From the IMG/VR virus record IMGVR_UViG_3300011977_000424: a DNA stretch of 20,000 nucleotides, one strand, 5' to 3'. The notes beneath the pieces are model-generated. The model worked only from the letters and a program-made list of their open reading frames with translations. It had not been told where the DNA came from and searched no databases. This DNA comes from an uncultured virus (IMG/VR IMGVR_UViG_3300011977_000424). Taxonomy: Duplodnaviria; Heunggongvirae; Uroviricota; Caudoviricetes. How positions within the stretch are numbered: the first letter of the stretch is position 1; each line of letters starts with the position of its first letter. Both the position numbers and the translations under genes were made by a program. Shown piece by piece: positions 19,416 to 20,000 of this stretch.

Positions 19416-20000
19416 ATGAAGAAGAAAGACGAAAACAAAACCGAAAAATCGGAAAGTAAAACTCCGAAAAAGCCTACAAGGGCGGCTTCAACGGCAAAGA
19501 AACGCACGAAAAAGGAAAGTGCTGCGCCTGCTAAGGAAAATAAAGAAGCTGCAGTGGAAAATCCTGCTCCAGTTGAGGAAAGCAAGCCTAAGCAAACGCG
19601 CAATGAGAAGGGCCAGTTCGTTAAGGGCTCACACTCCACTGGGCGGCCTCGTGGTGCCAAAGGTAGATATACCAATGTTCGTGACGCTCTCAAAGAACAA
19701 GTTATGCCATTCGTAAATACTCTGGGTGAGCTACTCATACAAATCAAGGATCCTGGCGACCGTGCCGGTGCTATTGCCAAGTTCCTACCCTTCCTCCTGC
19801 CTAAGTACAGTTCCTCTTCTATCACTGCAGAAGTAGACCGGCCAATCTCTGAGGAAGAGCGCCTACTTGAACTGGATGGGCAATACAAAGCTCGTGAGAC
19901 ACAGATCAACATCAAGACACTCACTATTGTGGACAACGACAAGCCAAAGGATGGAGAAAGCAATGTTCCCTTCATTCCTGACGCTGATCTCGGTGTATAG
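19416..20000 (+). CDS. Putative terminase small subunit-like protein (DUF5681-type motif), 194 aa
   Basis: RNEKGQFVKGSHSTGRPRGAK motif, helical core ending KFLPFLLPK, Lys-rich disordered N-terminus. Stop TAG at 19998-20000. Confidence 0.65.
   Translation: MKKKDENKTEKSESKTPKKPTRAASTAKKRTKKESAAPAKENKEAAVENPAPVEESKPKQTRNEKGQFVKGSHSTGRPRGAKGRYTNVRDALKEQVMPFVNTLGELLIQIKDPGDRAGAIAKFLPFLLPKYSSSSITAEVDRPISEEERLLELDGQYKARETQINIKTLTIVDNDKPKDGESNVPFIPDADLGV

Larger units (their letters stand above)
1..20000. mobile_element. Segment of a phage/prophage (virion ejection module plus packaging gene), likely Bacteroidales host
   Basis: Ejection-like gene trio, polyvalent DarB-like protein, terminase-small-like gene and Bacteroidetes promoter motifs. 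No att site or integrase in the window. Confidence 0.8.

Noticed and set aside
19304..19975. 223-aa minus-strand ORF
   Set aside because: Antisense to the terminase-small-like gene, S/F/L-rich shadow composition, and it runs through the promoter region.

Overview
Phage/prophage DNA with Bacteroidetes-type promoters (TTTG-N19-21-TAnnTTTG), so probably from a Bacteroidales host. The dominant feature is missing from the ORF track: one uninterrupted minus-strand ORF from ATG 17457 off the left edge (>5819 aa). It is the third gene of a leftward cluster that looks like internal-virion (ejection) genes (167 aa, 443 aa, giant). The giant is a polyvalent protein: a helical and Gly/Ala-rich N-terminal half, a PBECR2-like RNase, an inorganic pyrophosphatase, several unnamed modules, a DarB-like N6-adenine methylase plus SNF2/SF2 helicase, a second SAM methyltransferase and a zincin-like HExxxH peptidase. 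A terminase-small-subunit-like gene is transcribed divergently. The giant gene also appears to carry a hidden second layer. A consensus antisense promoter (10590-10621) is followed directly by a ~90-nt multi-stem RNA that overlaps the tail of the RNase domain, a candidate RNA antitoxin or decoy. Gene-like ORFs are nested in the +1 frame of disordered linkers just ahead of enzymatic domains (6279-6680, with its own promoter box; 11229-11483; 8532-8642). Domain calls come from motif recognition by eye, not database searches.
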